Part shown: positions 9,805-18,948 of the stretch, in pieces
Layout of the letters: each line of letters begins with the position of its first letter
How positions within the stretch are numbered: the first letter of the stretch is position 1
DNA from: an uncultured Gammaproteobacteria bacterium
GTDB lineage: Bacteria; Patescibacteriota; Microgenomatia; UBA8517
Length of the DNA stretch: 53,342 nucleotides
NCBI GenBank assembly: GCA_964627195.1
Contig: CAZVJU010000006.1
Span: 6,200 to 59,541, forward strand
Direction: 5' to 3'
Notes under the pieces: model-generated
Databases searched by the model: none
What the model was told of the DNA's origin: nothing
Seen by the model: only the letters and a program-made list of their open reading frames with translations
Program-made: the position numbers and the translations under genes

Positions 9805-10597
9805 GACTACTTTAGACAAGGTAGACAAAAAAGAGACAAACAAGGATACGCAAAATCAGCCGGTGGGAGGTTATCTTACTCAAATGAAGGAGCTTCCGCC
9901 GCAGGAGGAGGCTATTGCGACAAAAGTAAAAACCGAGTCAGAAAAACCACCTCTTCAGGAGACAAAAGAGGTCGGTAAGGTGACTAAAGGTGAGCCACAG
10001 AAAGAAGATAGAAAGGATATGGCTGAAGATCCATTGGAGCAAGAACTTTTTGGGGAAGAGAAATCTTTTCGGATTCCTTTATCATCAAAAGATGTAATTT
10101 TAGGAATAATTAACATTGTTTCCGTGATTTTTTTGATTATTATTCTTTTTCAGTTTCCTAAAAAAGCACAGGAGCTGAAGAGTTTGAGAGTGGAGGAGTA
10201 TCTGAATGAAGCTACGGAAACCTTTGAATTTGAGGAAATGGAGCTAAATAGACAGAAGTCCGAAAAGCTGCAGACATTTTTTACCGACGAGTCGGGAATA
10301 GTTGAGTTTGTGAATGAACTTGAAAAAATCGGGTCTGCCAGCGGGGTTCTTAAAAACGTTACTTTTGCCAACCAAGTGCCTGTAAAGGATAAGGCCGGAA
10401 GTTTTGGAATTCCAATCGTAATCGATCTCGAAGGCAGTTGGGAAGGTATCGATCAAGATTTACAAAAAATTGATAAATTAAGTTTCCTCATAAGACCTGT
10501 CAAGGTGGATGTAGAACCTTCCGAAGATGAGCCGGGAGTGATACTATTTAAGTACGGAGTTATTTTGTATGTTAACGATACAAAATTCGCACAATAG
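9794..10597 (+). CDS. PilO-like protein
   Basis: Follows pilMN; single TM helix and ferredoxin-like C-terminus (I.LEGSW..I...L..I..L). Confidence 0.6.
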   Translation: MITKTTLDKVDKKETNKDTQNQPVGGYLTQMKELPPQEEAIATKVKTESEKPPLQETKEVGKVTKGEPQKEDRKDMAEDPLEQELFGEEKSFRIPLSSKDVILGIINIVSVIFLIIILFQFPKKAQELKSLRVEEYLNEATETFEFEEMELNRQKSEKLQTFFTDESGIVEFVNELEKIGSASGVLKNVTFANQVPVKDKAGSFGIPIVIDLEGSWEGIDQDLQKIDKLSFLIRPVKVDVEPSEDEPGVILFKYGVILYVNDTKFAQ

Positions 10598-10713
10598 TGC
10601 GACTTTTGTAAGCAGAGCTTGGCACCACTTTGTGTTGTGGCATATGATATCTGTAAACTGGGAGAAAATAAGTAAATAATATTATTTACTTGGCATATTC
10701 TTGATATATATAT

Positions 10714-10953
10714 ATGAATTTAAGTGAAACATTAGAATCTGTAGATAAATTTTATATCGTCTTTGCAGCAATTCTTATCCTTTTGGCTGTAATGGTTATA
10801 TTCTCTTTTCGTGGGCTCTTTTCAGCTTATCTGACGGCATATGAAATCGGTCAGAAAGACTTGGGAAATAGCGTAAGAATAGATAAAGGTAACATGGAAG
10901 AAGCTGATAAATGGGTGTCAAATAAAGAAACCTTACCATTAGAAATTAGATGA
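10714..10953 (+). CDS. Small membrane protein upstream of pilin
   Basis: One TM helix; ATGA overlap with pilin gene. Confidence 0.55.
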   Translation: MNLSETLESVDKFYIVFAAILILLAVMVIFSFRGLFSAYLTAYEIGQKDLGNSVRIDKGNMEEADKWVSNKETLPLEIR

Positions 10954-11435
10954 TGAAAAATAATAAGATTGTTCTTGCTGTTAAACGGGGTTTTACATTG
11001 ATCGAGCTTCTGGTTGTTATAGCCATTTTGGGAATTTTGTCGACTGTTGTGGTTGTAGCAGTTAATCCGGCACGACAGCTTGCCAAAGCTCGAGATGTCC
11101 AAAGGGAAACCGATCTGATAGGGATTATGTCGGCAATCCTGCAATATTCTTCGGAACATAGCGGATCTTTGCCTGATACAGACGGTGATCCGGATATTAG
11201 TAATTTCCCCGGCGCAGCTACCTGTATGGGTTCGGATGCGGGTTGTTTTGACCTCGCGAATTCAGGCGATGTAGGAGATGAAATTGTTCCTGTTTATTTG
11301 GTTGAAATACCGGCCGATCCGCAAGCGGATGATCCAGTGGGAAACACAGAGTATACGATATATGTAGATGTAAATGGTCGACTCCATGCCGCAGCCATAG
11401 GCGAAATTAACAATCCGATTACGGTAGATAGATAG
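10950..11435 (+). CDS. Type IV major pilin-like protein
   Basis: RG|FTLIELLVVIAILGIL, NP..QL.KARD..R, cysteine pair, IP.DP. Confidence 0.92.
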   Translation: MMKNNKIVLAVKRGFTLIELLVVIAILGILSTVVVVAVNPARQLAKARDVQRETDLIGIMSAILQYSSEHSGSLPDTDGDPDISNFPGAATCMGSDAGCFDLANSGDVGDEIVPVYLVEIPADPQADDPVGNTEYTIYVDVNGRLHAAAIGEINNPITVDR

Positions 11436-11492
11436 TTTTAAAAAGTTTGTCTTCAAATTAGCCCTATTATGAAATCATGGTAAAATCGGATT

Positions 11493-11831
11493 ATGGATTT
11501 TATTGACAAAAAATTAACACTAAAAGAAATTTTACATCTGCGCAATAAATATGGCGTTTATATGAAGCTTACAATTGACGTTGAAAACAGATGGGTTATT
11601 GTCGGAGGAGAATTGCATGCTGACGGCGAAAAGTTGTTGCTTGAGAAAGGAAGTAAACAAAAAGATATTTGGGGCGGGGGGATTAATTTTTTGGATAAGG
11701 AAGTAGATACAACAGCAGTTCTCAATATTCGACCACGATTGGATAACGACAATCTAGAAATATTGGATTCAGAAATCCGCAAAAAATTTTATGATATTAT
11801 AAAAAAGTTTTTTGAAAAATTATGGCACTAG
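11493..11831 (+). CDS. DUF5674-like protein
   Basis: K..IDVE....VGGELHAD.E..LL..GS.Q..IWGG, NIRPR..N. Confidence 0.75.
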   Translation: MDFIDKKLTLKEILHLRNKYGVYMKLTIDVENRWVIVGGELHADGEKLLLEKGSKQKDIWGGGINFLDKEVDTTAVLNIRPRLDNDNLEILDSEIRKKFYDIIKKFFEKLWH

Positions 11832-12082
11832 ATAAATACGATAATGTTTCTGATGCCGTTGCCGATCTTTATCGTGCGTCCTACTATTTGGCTAAAAAAT
11901 CAAAAGATGTTGGGATATTGTTTTTATTAAAATCAAAGAAAAGGTTAGGGGAAAAGTTAACTTTGGACATAAATAAAATAGTAAAAGGAAATGTCCTTAA
12001 CCGTTCTTATGACTATTATTATTGGGCTGAAAAGGTTCTTGATGAGTACAAAAGGTTAAAAATGATTTTGTCTTCGAATTAG
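11822..12082 (+). CDS. Hypothetical helical protein, partner of DUF5674 gene
   Basis: Overlaps upstream gene; its last codons LSSN* are supplied by repeat A copy 2. Confidence 0.65.
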   Translation: MALDKYDNVSDAVADLYRASYYLAKKSKDVGILFLLKSKKRLGEKLTLDINKIVKGNVLNRSYDYYYWAEKVLDEYKRLKMILSSN

Positions 12083-12126
12083 CCTTAGAGTAAAATTGGT
12101 CACTATTCACCAGAAGAAATGTAATT

Positions 12127-12774
12127 ATGGTAAAGAAATCATTTACTGAACTTACGAAAATAGAGCGGAGCGTTTTAGACAAACTTGATACCCCTACAAA
12201 AATTCAAAAGTTTATTGACGAAAAAATTACCTATGATCCGGTGAAAGAAGATAGAAGTGTCAGGGAAGTAATTAGGGATAAAAAAGCCGAGTGTTACAAC
12301 GGAGCGATTTTCGCGGTAGCGTGTTTATTCCATAACGGCTATAAAGCATCGATCATTGAACTTCTCGCCCGGGATGACGAGGAGCACATTTTATGTGCCT
12401 ATCAAGTCAATGGAAGATATGGGTCAATTGCCCAAAGTAAATTCTTAGGCCTTAAAGGGCGAAACCCCATTTATAAAACTCTGCATGATTTGGTAGTGAG
12501 CTACATGGAATTTTATTTTGCGTTTGACGGTAGGTATACTCTCTTATCACATACCAAACTTCTTCCCCTTTCTAAATATCACAACAAATGGTTTTCCGAC
12601 AGCGGCGTAGTTAGGAAAATGGCAAAAGATTTGCGTGAGTCAAAACATGTAAACCTAATCGGTCCGGAAGACTCATTTTCTTACGTGTCTTACGAGCGGT
12701 TTTGGAAAGAGATTTTGGTTTTGCCGAAGGGAATAACACTTTCCAAAGATTATCTTCCCCGACCGAAGAAATAA
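12127..12774 (+). CDS. Transglutaminase-like hypothetical protein
   Basis: L.TP.KIQ.F, C..GA.FA, D..H, YG.I..S.F.GL..R.P pattern. Confidence 0.6.
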   Translation: MVKKSFTELTKIERSVLDKLDTPTKIQKFIDEKITYDPVKEDRSVREVIRDKKAECYNGAIFAVACLFHNGYKASIIELLARDDEEHILCAYQVNGRYGSIAQSKFLGLKGRNPIYKTLHDLVVSYMEFYFAFDGRYTLLSHTKLLPLSKYHNKWFSDSGVVRKMAKDLRESKHVNLIGPEDSFSYVSYERFWKEILVLPKGITLSKDYLPRPKK

Positions 12775-12845
12775 AAAGTACAGCAATTAAGTAGTGGGTT
12801 TCCGAATTTGTCCGCAAATTATATCTGGAGTAGAATATTGAAAGA

Positions 12846-13391
12846 ATGTCTGTAAGTATCACATATTTTGTTCATGGAACAACAATTGATAATGAAAAAG
12901 GGATTTCCTCGGGTTGGTCGGATACTGAACTTTCAGAGTTGGGTAAAAAACAGTCGAGAGATTTAGGAGAAAAAACTAAGGATAAAAAATTTGATGCTGT
13001 GTTTTGTTCTGATTTAAAAAGAGCAGTGGATTCTGCAAATATTACTTTCGGCGGAAGTTTTAAAGTTATTCAGGACCAAAGACTTCGCGAGTGTAACTAT
13101 GGAGATTTGAATGGTAACCCTTCGGAAATTGTTGATCCGCTGCAGGAAAAAAATATTATAAATAAATTTCCCAATGGCGAAAGTTATGAAAACGTAAAGG
13201 AAAGAATTCAAGATTTTTTGACTTTCCTGAAAAAGAATTATGACGGGAAATCTGTCGGAATTGTTGCCCATAAAGCACCTCAACTAGCACTGGATGTTTT
13301 AGTAAAAGGCAAAACTTGGGAGGAAGCTTTTGCCGAGGACTGGCGGAAGAAAAAAGCCTGGCAACCTGGGTGGGACTATGTTCTCGAATAA
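12846..13391 (+). CDS. Histidine phosphatase (phosphoglycerate mutase) family protein
   Basis: HG.T..N, SDLKRA, RLRECNYG, PNGES, VAH motifs. Confidence 0.9.
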   Translation: MSVSITYFVHGTTIDNEKGISSGWSDTELSELGKKQSRDLGEKTKDKKFDAVFCSDLKRAVDSANITFGGSFKVIQDQRLRECNYGDLNGNPSEIVDPLQEKNIINKFPNGESYENVKERIQDFLTFLKKNYDGKSVGIVAHKAPQLALDVLVKGKTWEEAFAEDWRKKKAWQPGWDYVLE

Positions 13392-13425
13392 TTTGCCTTC
13401 AAATTTACTCCGGAGTGATTATAGC

Positions 13426-13462
13426 TTGACAATATCTACATGAAGTATATACTGAGTATATA
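13426..13462 (+). promoter_or_regulatory. Own promoter and operator of the TA cassette
   Basis: TTGACA (13426)-16 nt-TATACT (13448), overlapped by palindrome TATATACT-G-AGTATATA. Confidence 0.7.
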
Positions 13463-13758
13463 TGAGTACAGCTGTTATAAATATCAAAACTGATGTGAAG
13501 ATAAAAAGCCAGGCACAGAAAATTGCTTCAGATTTAGGTTTTAGCCTTAGTGCTTTAATCAATGGTTATCTTAACCAGCTAATTAAAACCAAGACGGTTC
13601 ATTTTTCCGCTACGGAAGAAATTCCCAGCGAATTTATGATACAAGCTCTTAGAGAGTCGGAAGAAGATAGAAAGAAGAAAAGATTTAAGTCTTTTGATTC
13701 CGCTGATAAGGCCTTAGGATATTTAGATAAAATAATTAATGAAGGTAAAAAGAATTGA
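13462..13758 (+). CDS. RelB/DinJ family antitoxin
   Basis: INIKTD..IK..A..IA..LG.SLS..IN RHH-like N-terminus; overlaps toxin gene. Confidence 0.85.
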   Translation: MSTAVINIKTDVKIKSQAQKIASDLGFSLSALINGYLNQLIKTKTVHFSATEEIPSEFMIQALRESEEDRKKKRFKSFDSADKALGYLDKIINEGKKN

Positions 13759-14011
13759 TTTTTCGAAGAGGTTTGAAAAAGATTTAAAGAAGGCCCCGGT
13801 AAAAATTAGAAAAGCTTTCAGAGGAAGAATCGAAATATATCTTACGGATAAATTTAATCCCATTTTGAATAATCACGCGTTGACTGGCAGGCTTGAGGGT
13901 TATAGGAGCATTAATGTAACAGGCGATTGGAGAGCTATTTTTAGAGAGTTAGAGAGCGGAGAAATTGTTTATTTTGACTTTTTGGGTACACACAGCCAAC
14001 TTTATAGATAG
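13739..14011 (+). CDS. RelE/YafQ family mRNA interferase toxin
   Basis: F.KDLKK, NHAL.G...GYRSI.VTGD.R, GTHSQLY C-terminus. Confidence 0.9.
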   Translation: MKVKRIDFSKRFEKDLKKAPVKIRKAFRGRIEIYLTDKFNPILNNHALTGRLEGYRSINVTGDWRAIFRELESGEIVYFDFLGTHSQLYR

Positions 14012-14144
14012 TTCTATTAAAGAATAATTTATCTTCAAACCGAATCGGAAATTAATGATAGAAATCATAGTAGAATAACGTAAAGGCACGAGATTCTGAT
14101 ACACAGTCTTGAGAGTAAAAAACGGTGATTTGTAGATTTAAGAT

Positions 14145-14421
14145 ATGGCAAAAGTAGCAGGCAAATATTGGTTTAAGGCCAAGAATTATGGCTGGGGATG
14201 GTATCCGGCAACTTGGCAAGGATGGTTAATTTTGGCAGGATTTATTTATCTTAATTATTGGTAATTATCAAGAAATTGATTCTCAGTCCCATTCCATAAG
14301 TGACACTTTACTAAACTTCATACCCCGGGTGTTGGTGTTGACTCTTCTTTTAATCGCAGTTTACTTCCTGACCGGCGAGAAACCGGAATGGCGATGGGGT
14401 GGGAAGAAAATTAAAATGTAA
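14145..14421 (+). pseudogene. Frameshifted small membrane protein (WFKAK.YGWGW.P...GEKP.WRWG type)
   Basis: MAKVAGKYWFKAKNYGWGWYPATWQGW...YW* continues in the +1 frame as NYQEIDSQSHS...TGEKPEWRWGGKKIKM*; 277 nt, one extra base near 14261. Confidence 0.8.
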
Positions 14422-14471
14422 AACCATAGGATTGTCTTCGAATTAGCTCCGGAGTAGAATTATTTTAAGCT

Positions 14472-14578
14472 AATTCAAGAAGTCCACCGCTTTAGACGTG
14501 GATGAATTGAATCATTGAAAATTCATTCGCCGAAGGCGAATGTAGCTCGAAGGACCACGGCATAAGAGGTGGACTTCT
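14472..14578. mobile_element. ~100-bp MITE/PATE-like palindromic element
   Basis: 11-bp inverted repeats AGAAGTCCACC (14478) and GGTGGACTTCT (14568); inner hairpin CATTCGCC-GAA-GGCGAATG; CCAC...GTGG hairpins at both ends. Confidence 0.55.
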
Positions 14579-15519
14579 ATCTGAGGTTGTTAACCTCGCT
14601 GCGGTATAGAACTTACACTATTTTGAAAAAGAGAAAAAAATCAATACCAACTTTAGTGGGAATTCTACTGCTGATGATTGGAATTTTATCGGGTCTCCTT
14701 CTTATTTCAAGAAGACAAATTTTTGTGCAAAAGGCAGCGCCAAATACAACACTTAATCTTATTCCCAGCACGAATAATCTTAAAGTGGGTGATAGTTTTA
14801 GTGTGTTTGTGAACATAGATACGGGCAGTAATACTTTCATTGGGGCAGAACTTTATTTAGATATCGAGCCGGTGTCACTACTGGAAATTACTGACATAAC
14901 AAGCGGTGATTTCCTTCCAGTTACCGGCGAAGAAGTTAAATCGATAGACAATTCCGTAGGTAAAATAGAGTATTTGGTTTACCTCATACCCGGGAGTGAG
15001 ATTACTCCGTTAAAAGGCAAAGGAACTTTGGCGGTGATTTGGGCAAAAGTCTTGAAAGAAGGGTCGGTAACTATCAGTTTTAACCCAAAAAGCCAGACTG
15101 CTACAAGTGATGAGGATGCGGGTCAGAATTTGTTGGCAAGTGCAGAATCTCTACAGATTTTGATAAATAGCGATAGAGAGTTAACTGAAACCTCGGCTCC
15201 TATTTCTTTAACACCAACCGGGATTTCAGAAAAGAAAATTTCGCCGACACTAACTCCCGGAAAAAGTGAGTTACCAAAGGTTAAAAAGTCGCCTACTACT
15301 GTACCGACTGACTTTCCATCGCCGGTCGTTTTTGACGAACCGGGCCGCGAGGATGAAGAAAACAGTAGCTGCGTGGATTTCGGCTATTTGTTTTTAGTGA
15401 TTAGAAGATTGGGAAGAGATGTGAATCCCGGTACTGATGGAGATTTTACAAACGACGGACAAGTAAGTTTCACTGACTTATTTGCAGTTTTAGGCGAGAT
15501 TAAACTTAGGTGTAACTAG
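14569..15519 (+). CDS. Membrane-anchored cohesin-domain protein with Pro/Thr linker and dockerin-like C-terminus (true start probably TTG near 14623)
   Basis: TM helix, VGD.FSV.V.IDT..GAEL, G.GTLA.I, GDFTNDGQVSFTDL EF-hand-like loop. Confidence 0.7.
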   Translation: MDFYLRLLTSLRYRTYTILKKRKKSIPTLVGILLLMIGILSGLLLISRRQIFVQKAAPNTTLNLIPSTNNLKVGDSFSVFVNIDTGSNTFIGAELYLDIEPVSLLEITDITSGDFLPVTGEEVKSIDNSVGKIEYLVYLIPGSEITPLKGKGTLAVIWAKVLKEGSVTISFNPKSQTATSDEDAGQNLLASAESLQILINSDRELTETSAPISLTPTGISEKKISPTLTPGKSELPKVKKSPTTVPTDFPSPVVFDEPGREDEENSSCVDFGYLFLVIRRLGRDVNPGTDGDFTNDGQVSFTDLFAVLGEIKLRCN

Positions 15520-15566
15520 CCGCTCGGTTTTCTTGTCTTCAAATTATCTCCGGAGTAGAATGTGAT

Positions 15567-16349
15567 TTGATGAAAGTTAAAGTTGCTGTTTTGCAGTACG
15601 ATGTTCCCGAGGAGTCTGATACTTCTTTTAAAAAATTAAACGAGATGATTTTGCAGGCTGGGTGGGCTGGAGCGAGACTAATAGTTGCTCCTGAAACTGC
15701 TGTCGGAGAAGTTGGGGAATTGAAAGAAAAAGACATAGATTATTTTTCAAGACTCGCAGAAATTGCAAAGAAACACAGCGTTTTTCTAGCTACAAGTTTT
15801 TACACAAAAAAAGACGGTAAATTTTATAACCAAGGCCATATTATTTCCCCTGAGGGTAAATCTGTTGTATCGCACAGAAAAATGTATCCGGCAAAACCGG
15901 AGATAGAAAATATCGGTGTAGTTGCTGGAAGTTCTTTAGAAGTCAAGAAAACAGAAATCGGTAAACTTGGTATGCTTATTTGTAAAGATGGATTTAATAA
16001 ATATTCCCACTTTTTGTACGACAAATTTAATTCGTTGGGGATAGAAATAATTTGTATTCCGACCTGGTCTATTGGTTGGAAGGAGATGAACACTGAAGAA
16101 TATGTAAAAGCACTGTATGTGTACGGAGCTTTTACAAGTCGATCATTTATTCTTATGTCGGGTAATTTGAATATGTCTTTTAACTCATACGGGAGGTCCC
16201 TAATAGTTAGTCCGATAAAGGGTATTTTGAAAGAGGGAAGTAGTAATCACAAAGAAATTCTTTATGAAGAATTGGATTTAGATGAAGTTGCTAAAGCCCG
16301 AAAGTTTGATTCCTGGTGGCAGCCGAAAAAGAAAATTGACATCGAATAA
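15567..16349 (+). CDS. Carbon-nitrogen hydrolase (nitrilase superfamily); start probably ATG 15570
   Basis: E-K-C triad motifs: VAPE, HRKM, GMLICKD; G.S.IVSP. Confidence 0.9.
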   Translation: MMKVKVAVLQYDVPEESDTSFKKLNEMILQAGWAGARLIVAPETAVGEVGELKEKDIDYFSRLAEIAKKHSVFLATSFYTKKDGKFYNQGHIISPEGKSVVSHRKMYPAKPEIENIGVVAGSSLEVKKTEIGKLGMLICKDGFNKYSHFLYDKFNSLGIEIICIPTWSIGWKEMNTEEYVKALYVYGAFTSRSFILMSGNLNMSFNSYGRSLIVSPIKGILKEGSSNHKEILYEELDLDEVAKARKFDSWWQPKKKIDIE

Positions 16350-16386
16350 TTTGTCTTCAAATTAGCTTCAGAGTAAAATTGTTACA

Positions 16387-16848
16387 ATGAAATATCAAGT
16401 CCCGGAGGTGGGTGAGATTGAAATTAAGACAATTATACTCGACCTTAATGGCACACTTTCTGTCAATGGAAAAATTCCTGACGGGGTAAAAGAGAGATTA
16501 AAAAAACTAAAGGACTTGGGTATAAAGGTTATTTTACTTACGGGTGATCAACGAGGAACTGCTGCAGATTTATGCAAAGAATATGGAATAGACTTTGTTC
16601 GTACAAAGAATGGCAAAGAAAAAGAAGCAGCAATGAAATCTTTTGATTCAGAAACAACCGCCGCAATTGGGAATGCAAGGATCGATATCGGAACTTTTAA
16701 ACACGCGAAAGTGTCTCTTGCTACATTGCAATCTGAAGGTGTTCACATGGGGATTATTTGTAACGTAGATGTGGTTGTTCCATCCATAAATGACGCGTTG
16801 GATTTCTTTATAGACTCCGATATTTTTTGCGTAACTTTGCGAAAATAA
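16387..16848 (+). CDS. HAD-family soluble P-type ATPase-like protein
   Basis: LDLNGTL, LTGD..GT, AIGN..ID motifs. Confidence 0.85.
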   Translation: MKYQVPEVGEIEIKTIILDLNGTLSVNGKIPDGVKERLKKLKDLGIKVILLTGDQRGTAADLCKEYGIDFVRTKNGKEKEAAMKSFDSETTAAIGNARIDIGTFKHAKVSLATLQSEGVHMGIICNVDVVVPSINDALDFFIDSDIFCVTLRK

Positions 16849-16893
16849 TTCTCTTCAGATTAGTACTTCTAAAGAGTGTAAAATTTAAAAAAT

Positions 16894-17250
16894 ATGAGTG
16901 AACAGACATCACCTGTTGATGATTATTTGTTGCCGTTAGTTCAAAGAGTTTTAAGAGTTTTTCCTGCATGGAAAGTATTTGCTTTTCAAGGAGCTCTAAC
17001 TGCCGTTCTCGTTGGGTGGGGTATTGACTATACTTTGGCAGATGGTTTGGTGTATCTATCCTTTAACTTTTTATTCTTGTGGTTACTTTACAGGAAATTC
17101 GGAAGGGTCAGGGATACGAAGATTTTTGTTTACGGATTTGCTGGGATAAGTGTTTTGCTACAGCTTCTGATATTCTTTCCGGGAATTGAGAGTGCAATAG
17201 GAGAAGTTTATTTTAGGATTTATTGTTTGATAACAAAAGTGTATTGTTAG
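16894..17250 (+). CDS. Hypothetical membrane protein
   Basis: Three hydrophobic segments; fills one repeat-delimited cassette. Confidence 0.65.
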   Translation: MSEQTSPVDDYLLPLVQRVLRVFPAWKVFAFQGALTAVLVGWGIDYTLADGLVYLSFNFLFLWLLYRKFGRVRDTKIFVYGFAGISVLLQLLIFFPGIESAIGEVYFRIYCLITKVYC

Positions 17251-17309
17251 TATAATCGAAAAATATAAATTTGTCTTCAAATCAGCTCAAAGTTTTAATA
17301 TGTTTGGCG

Positions 17310-18005
17310 CTATCGATACAATTTGGTTTGCAACATTTTAATCTCTCGTATGAGTTTCTTGGAAATTACTTTAGGATAGTTTTTGAGCGGTTTTAGCTCG
17401 CTTCCAATCCCTTGTGTTTCAGGGATATCTTTTTTACCACCTTTATTTTGCTTGAGAATACCTTGCCGGCTCTGCCGCGAGGATGAACGAGCATAAGTAC
17501 TGCTATCTGAAAGATACTTCGCTGCTCTGCCGCGATGCAGTTCATTTTGAAACTTTTGCCATGTGTTGTATCCGTCTTCAGTTAGGTGCATTGACCCTGT
17601 ACAGCTATCACTTTTGCACAAACAGTTATGACTGCAGGGGTTGCAAGTCATTTTGGGAGGAAGTAAATATGAAATAGTTAATTCAGATCCTTTCCTAATG
17701 TTTTTTAATGCAAAAACAATAGTGTGGTTTCTAAATTTAGTTATCCAGCAATTCGGAGAGCAGGAATGATTAAGGAGATAAATGCCGGGCTTTTTTAAAT
17801 CGGGGTAAATACCGGTCTCGTCGTCGTAATACATTAAGTATAAGTTTTTCTTTTCCTTCTCAAAATCGACATCTTTTAACTGAACCACTTTGCCCACGTA
17901 ATCACCAATCACTACTCCTTGCCTAATTGGTTTATTGGCAAAAACCCCTCTTCCTTTATTCTTTGTTTTTTTAATTTCCCAATAAACTTCGGGCAATAAA
18001 AACAT
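17310..18005 (-). CDS. SET-domain protein with post-SET cysteines
   Basis: KGRGVFA, NHSCSPN, ELTISY, CLC....C.G motifs. Confidence 0.9.
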   Translation of the reverse strand: MFLLPEVYWEIKKTKNKGRGVFANKPIRQGVVIGDYVGKVVQLKDVDFEKEKKNLYLMYYDDETGIYPDLKKPGIYLLNHSCSPNCWITKFRNHTIVFALKNIRKGSELTISYLLPPKMTCNPCSHNCLCKSDSCTGSMHLTEDGYNTWQKFQNELHRGRAAKYLSDSSTYARSSSRQSRQGILKQNKGGKKDIPETQGIGSELKPLKNYPKVISKKLIREIKMLQTKLYR

Positions 18006-18141
18006 ATGCTAATTTACCATACATTTTCAATTATAGTTCTGATTTGTCTTCAAATTAGCTCTGGTGGGAATACTCTATTTCCATTTATATGTAAGGCTTG
18101 TATAGTAGTGAGAAGTTTGGATCTTTAACACACTTATTTTA

Positions 18142-18948
18142 ATGGATCAATTTATTCTGCATTACCCTGTGCTATCTGCTCTTATAGCTGGCATATTTGC
18201 CTGGGGATTAACGGCGCTTGGTGCGGCAGGCGTATTTATTTTTCGGACAGTTAGCCAAAAGTTATTGGATTCAATGCTTGGGTTTGCTGCGGGCGTTATG
18301 ATTGCAGCGAGCTTTTGGTCATTGCTTGCTCCGTCAATAGAGCTTAGTGAGCAGATCGGTGTGGTAAAGTGGATTCCGCCAGTCATTGGGTTTTTAGTTG
18401 GAGGGTTTTTTTTGTGGCTTGTTGACAAGATTTTACCCCATTTGAATATCGGACAATCAAAATCTCATCCCGAAGGGATACCTACCAATTGGCATACAAC
18501 TGTTCTGCTTTTTTTAGCCATAACATTTCATAATTTTCCTGAAGGATTAGCAGTCGGTGTTGCTTTTGGAGCAGCTGCGGCTGGTATACCGGGGGCCAGT
18601 GCTGCCGCTGCAATGGCCTTAGCGATAGGTATCGGAATACAGAATTTTCCCGAGGGGTTTGCTGTCTCAATGCCATTTAGACGGGTAGGAGTAACGAAGC
18701 TTAAAAGTTTCCTCTTTGGACAGGGTTCAGCGCTTATTGAACCGATTGCAGCGGTAGTAGGCGCGGTAGGGGTATTGGCTATGCGTCCGCTTTTACCTTA
18801 TGCACTGGCATTTGCAGCAGGAGCGATGATTTATGTTTCGGTTGAAGAAATAATTCCTGAGTCGCAGAAAAATGCGACTGATGTTGCAACGATTGGCGCA
18901 ATGCTGGGATTTGCAATAATGATGGTTCTGGATGTTGCTCTCGGGTAG
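18142..18948 (+). CDS. ZIP family metal transporter (GufA/ZupT type)
   Basis: GFAAGVM, HNFPEG, QNFPEG, AFAAGAMIYV..EEIIPE. Confidence 0.93.
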   Translation: MDQFILHYPVLSALIAGIFAWGLTALGAAGVFIFRTVSQKLLDSMLGFAAGVMIAASFWSLLAPSIELSEQIGVVKWIPPVIGFLVGGFFLWLVDKILPHLNIGQSKSHPEGIPTNWHTTVLLFLAITFHNFPEGLAVGVAFGAAAAGIPGASAAAAMALAIGIGIQNFPEGFAVSMPFRRVGVTKLKSFLFGQGSALIEPIAAVVGAVGVLAMRPLLPYALAFAAGAMIYVSVEEIIPESQKNATDVATIGAMLGFAIMMVLDVALG

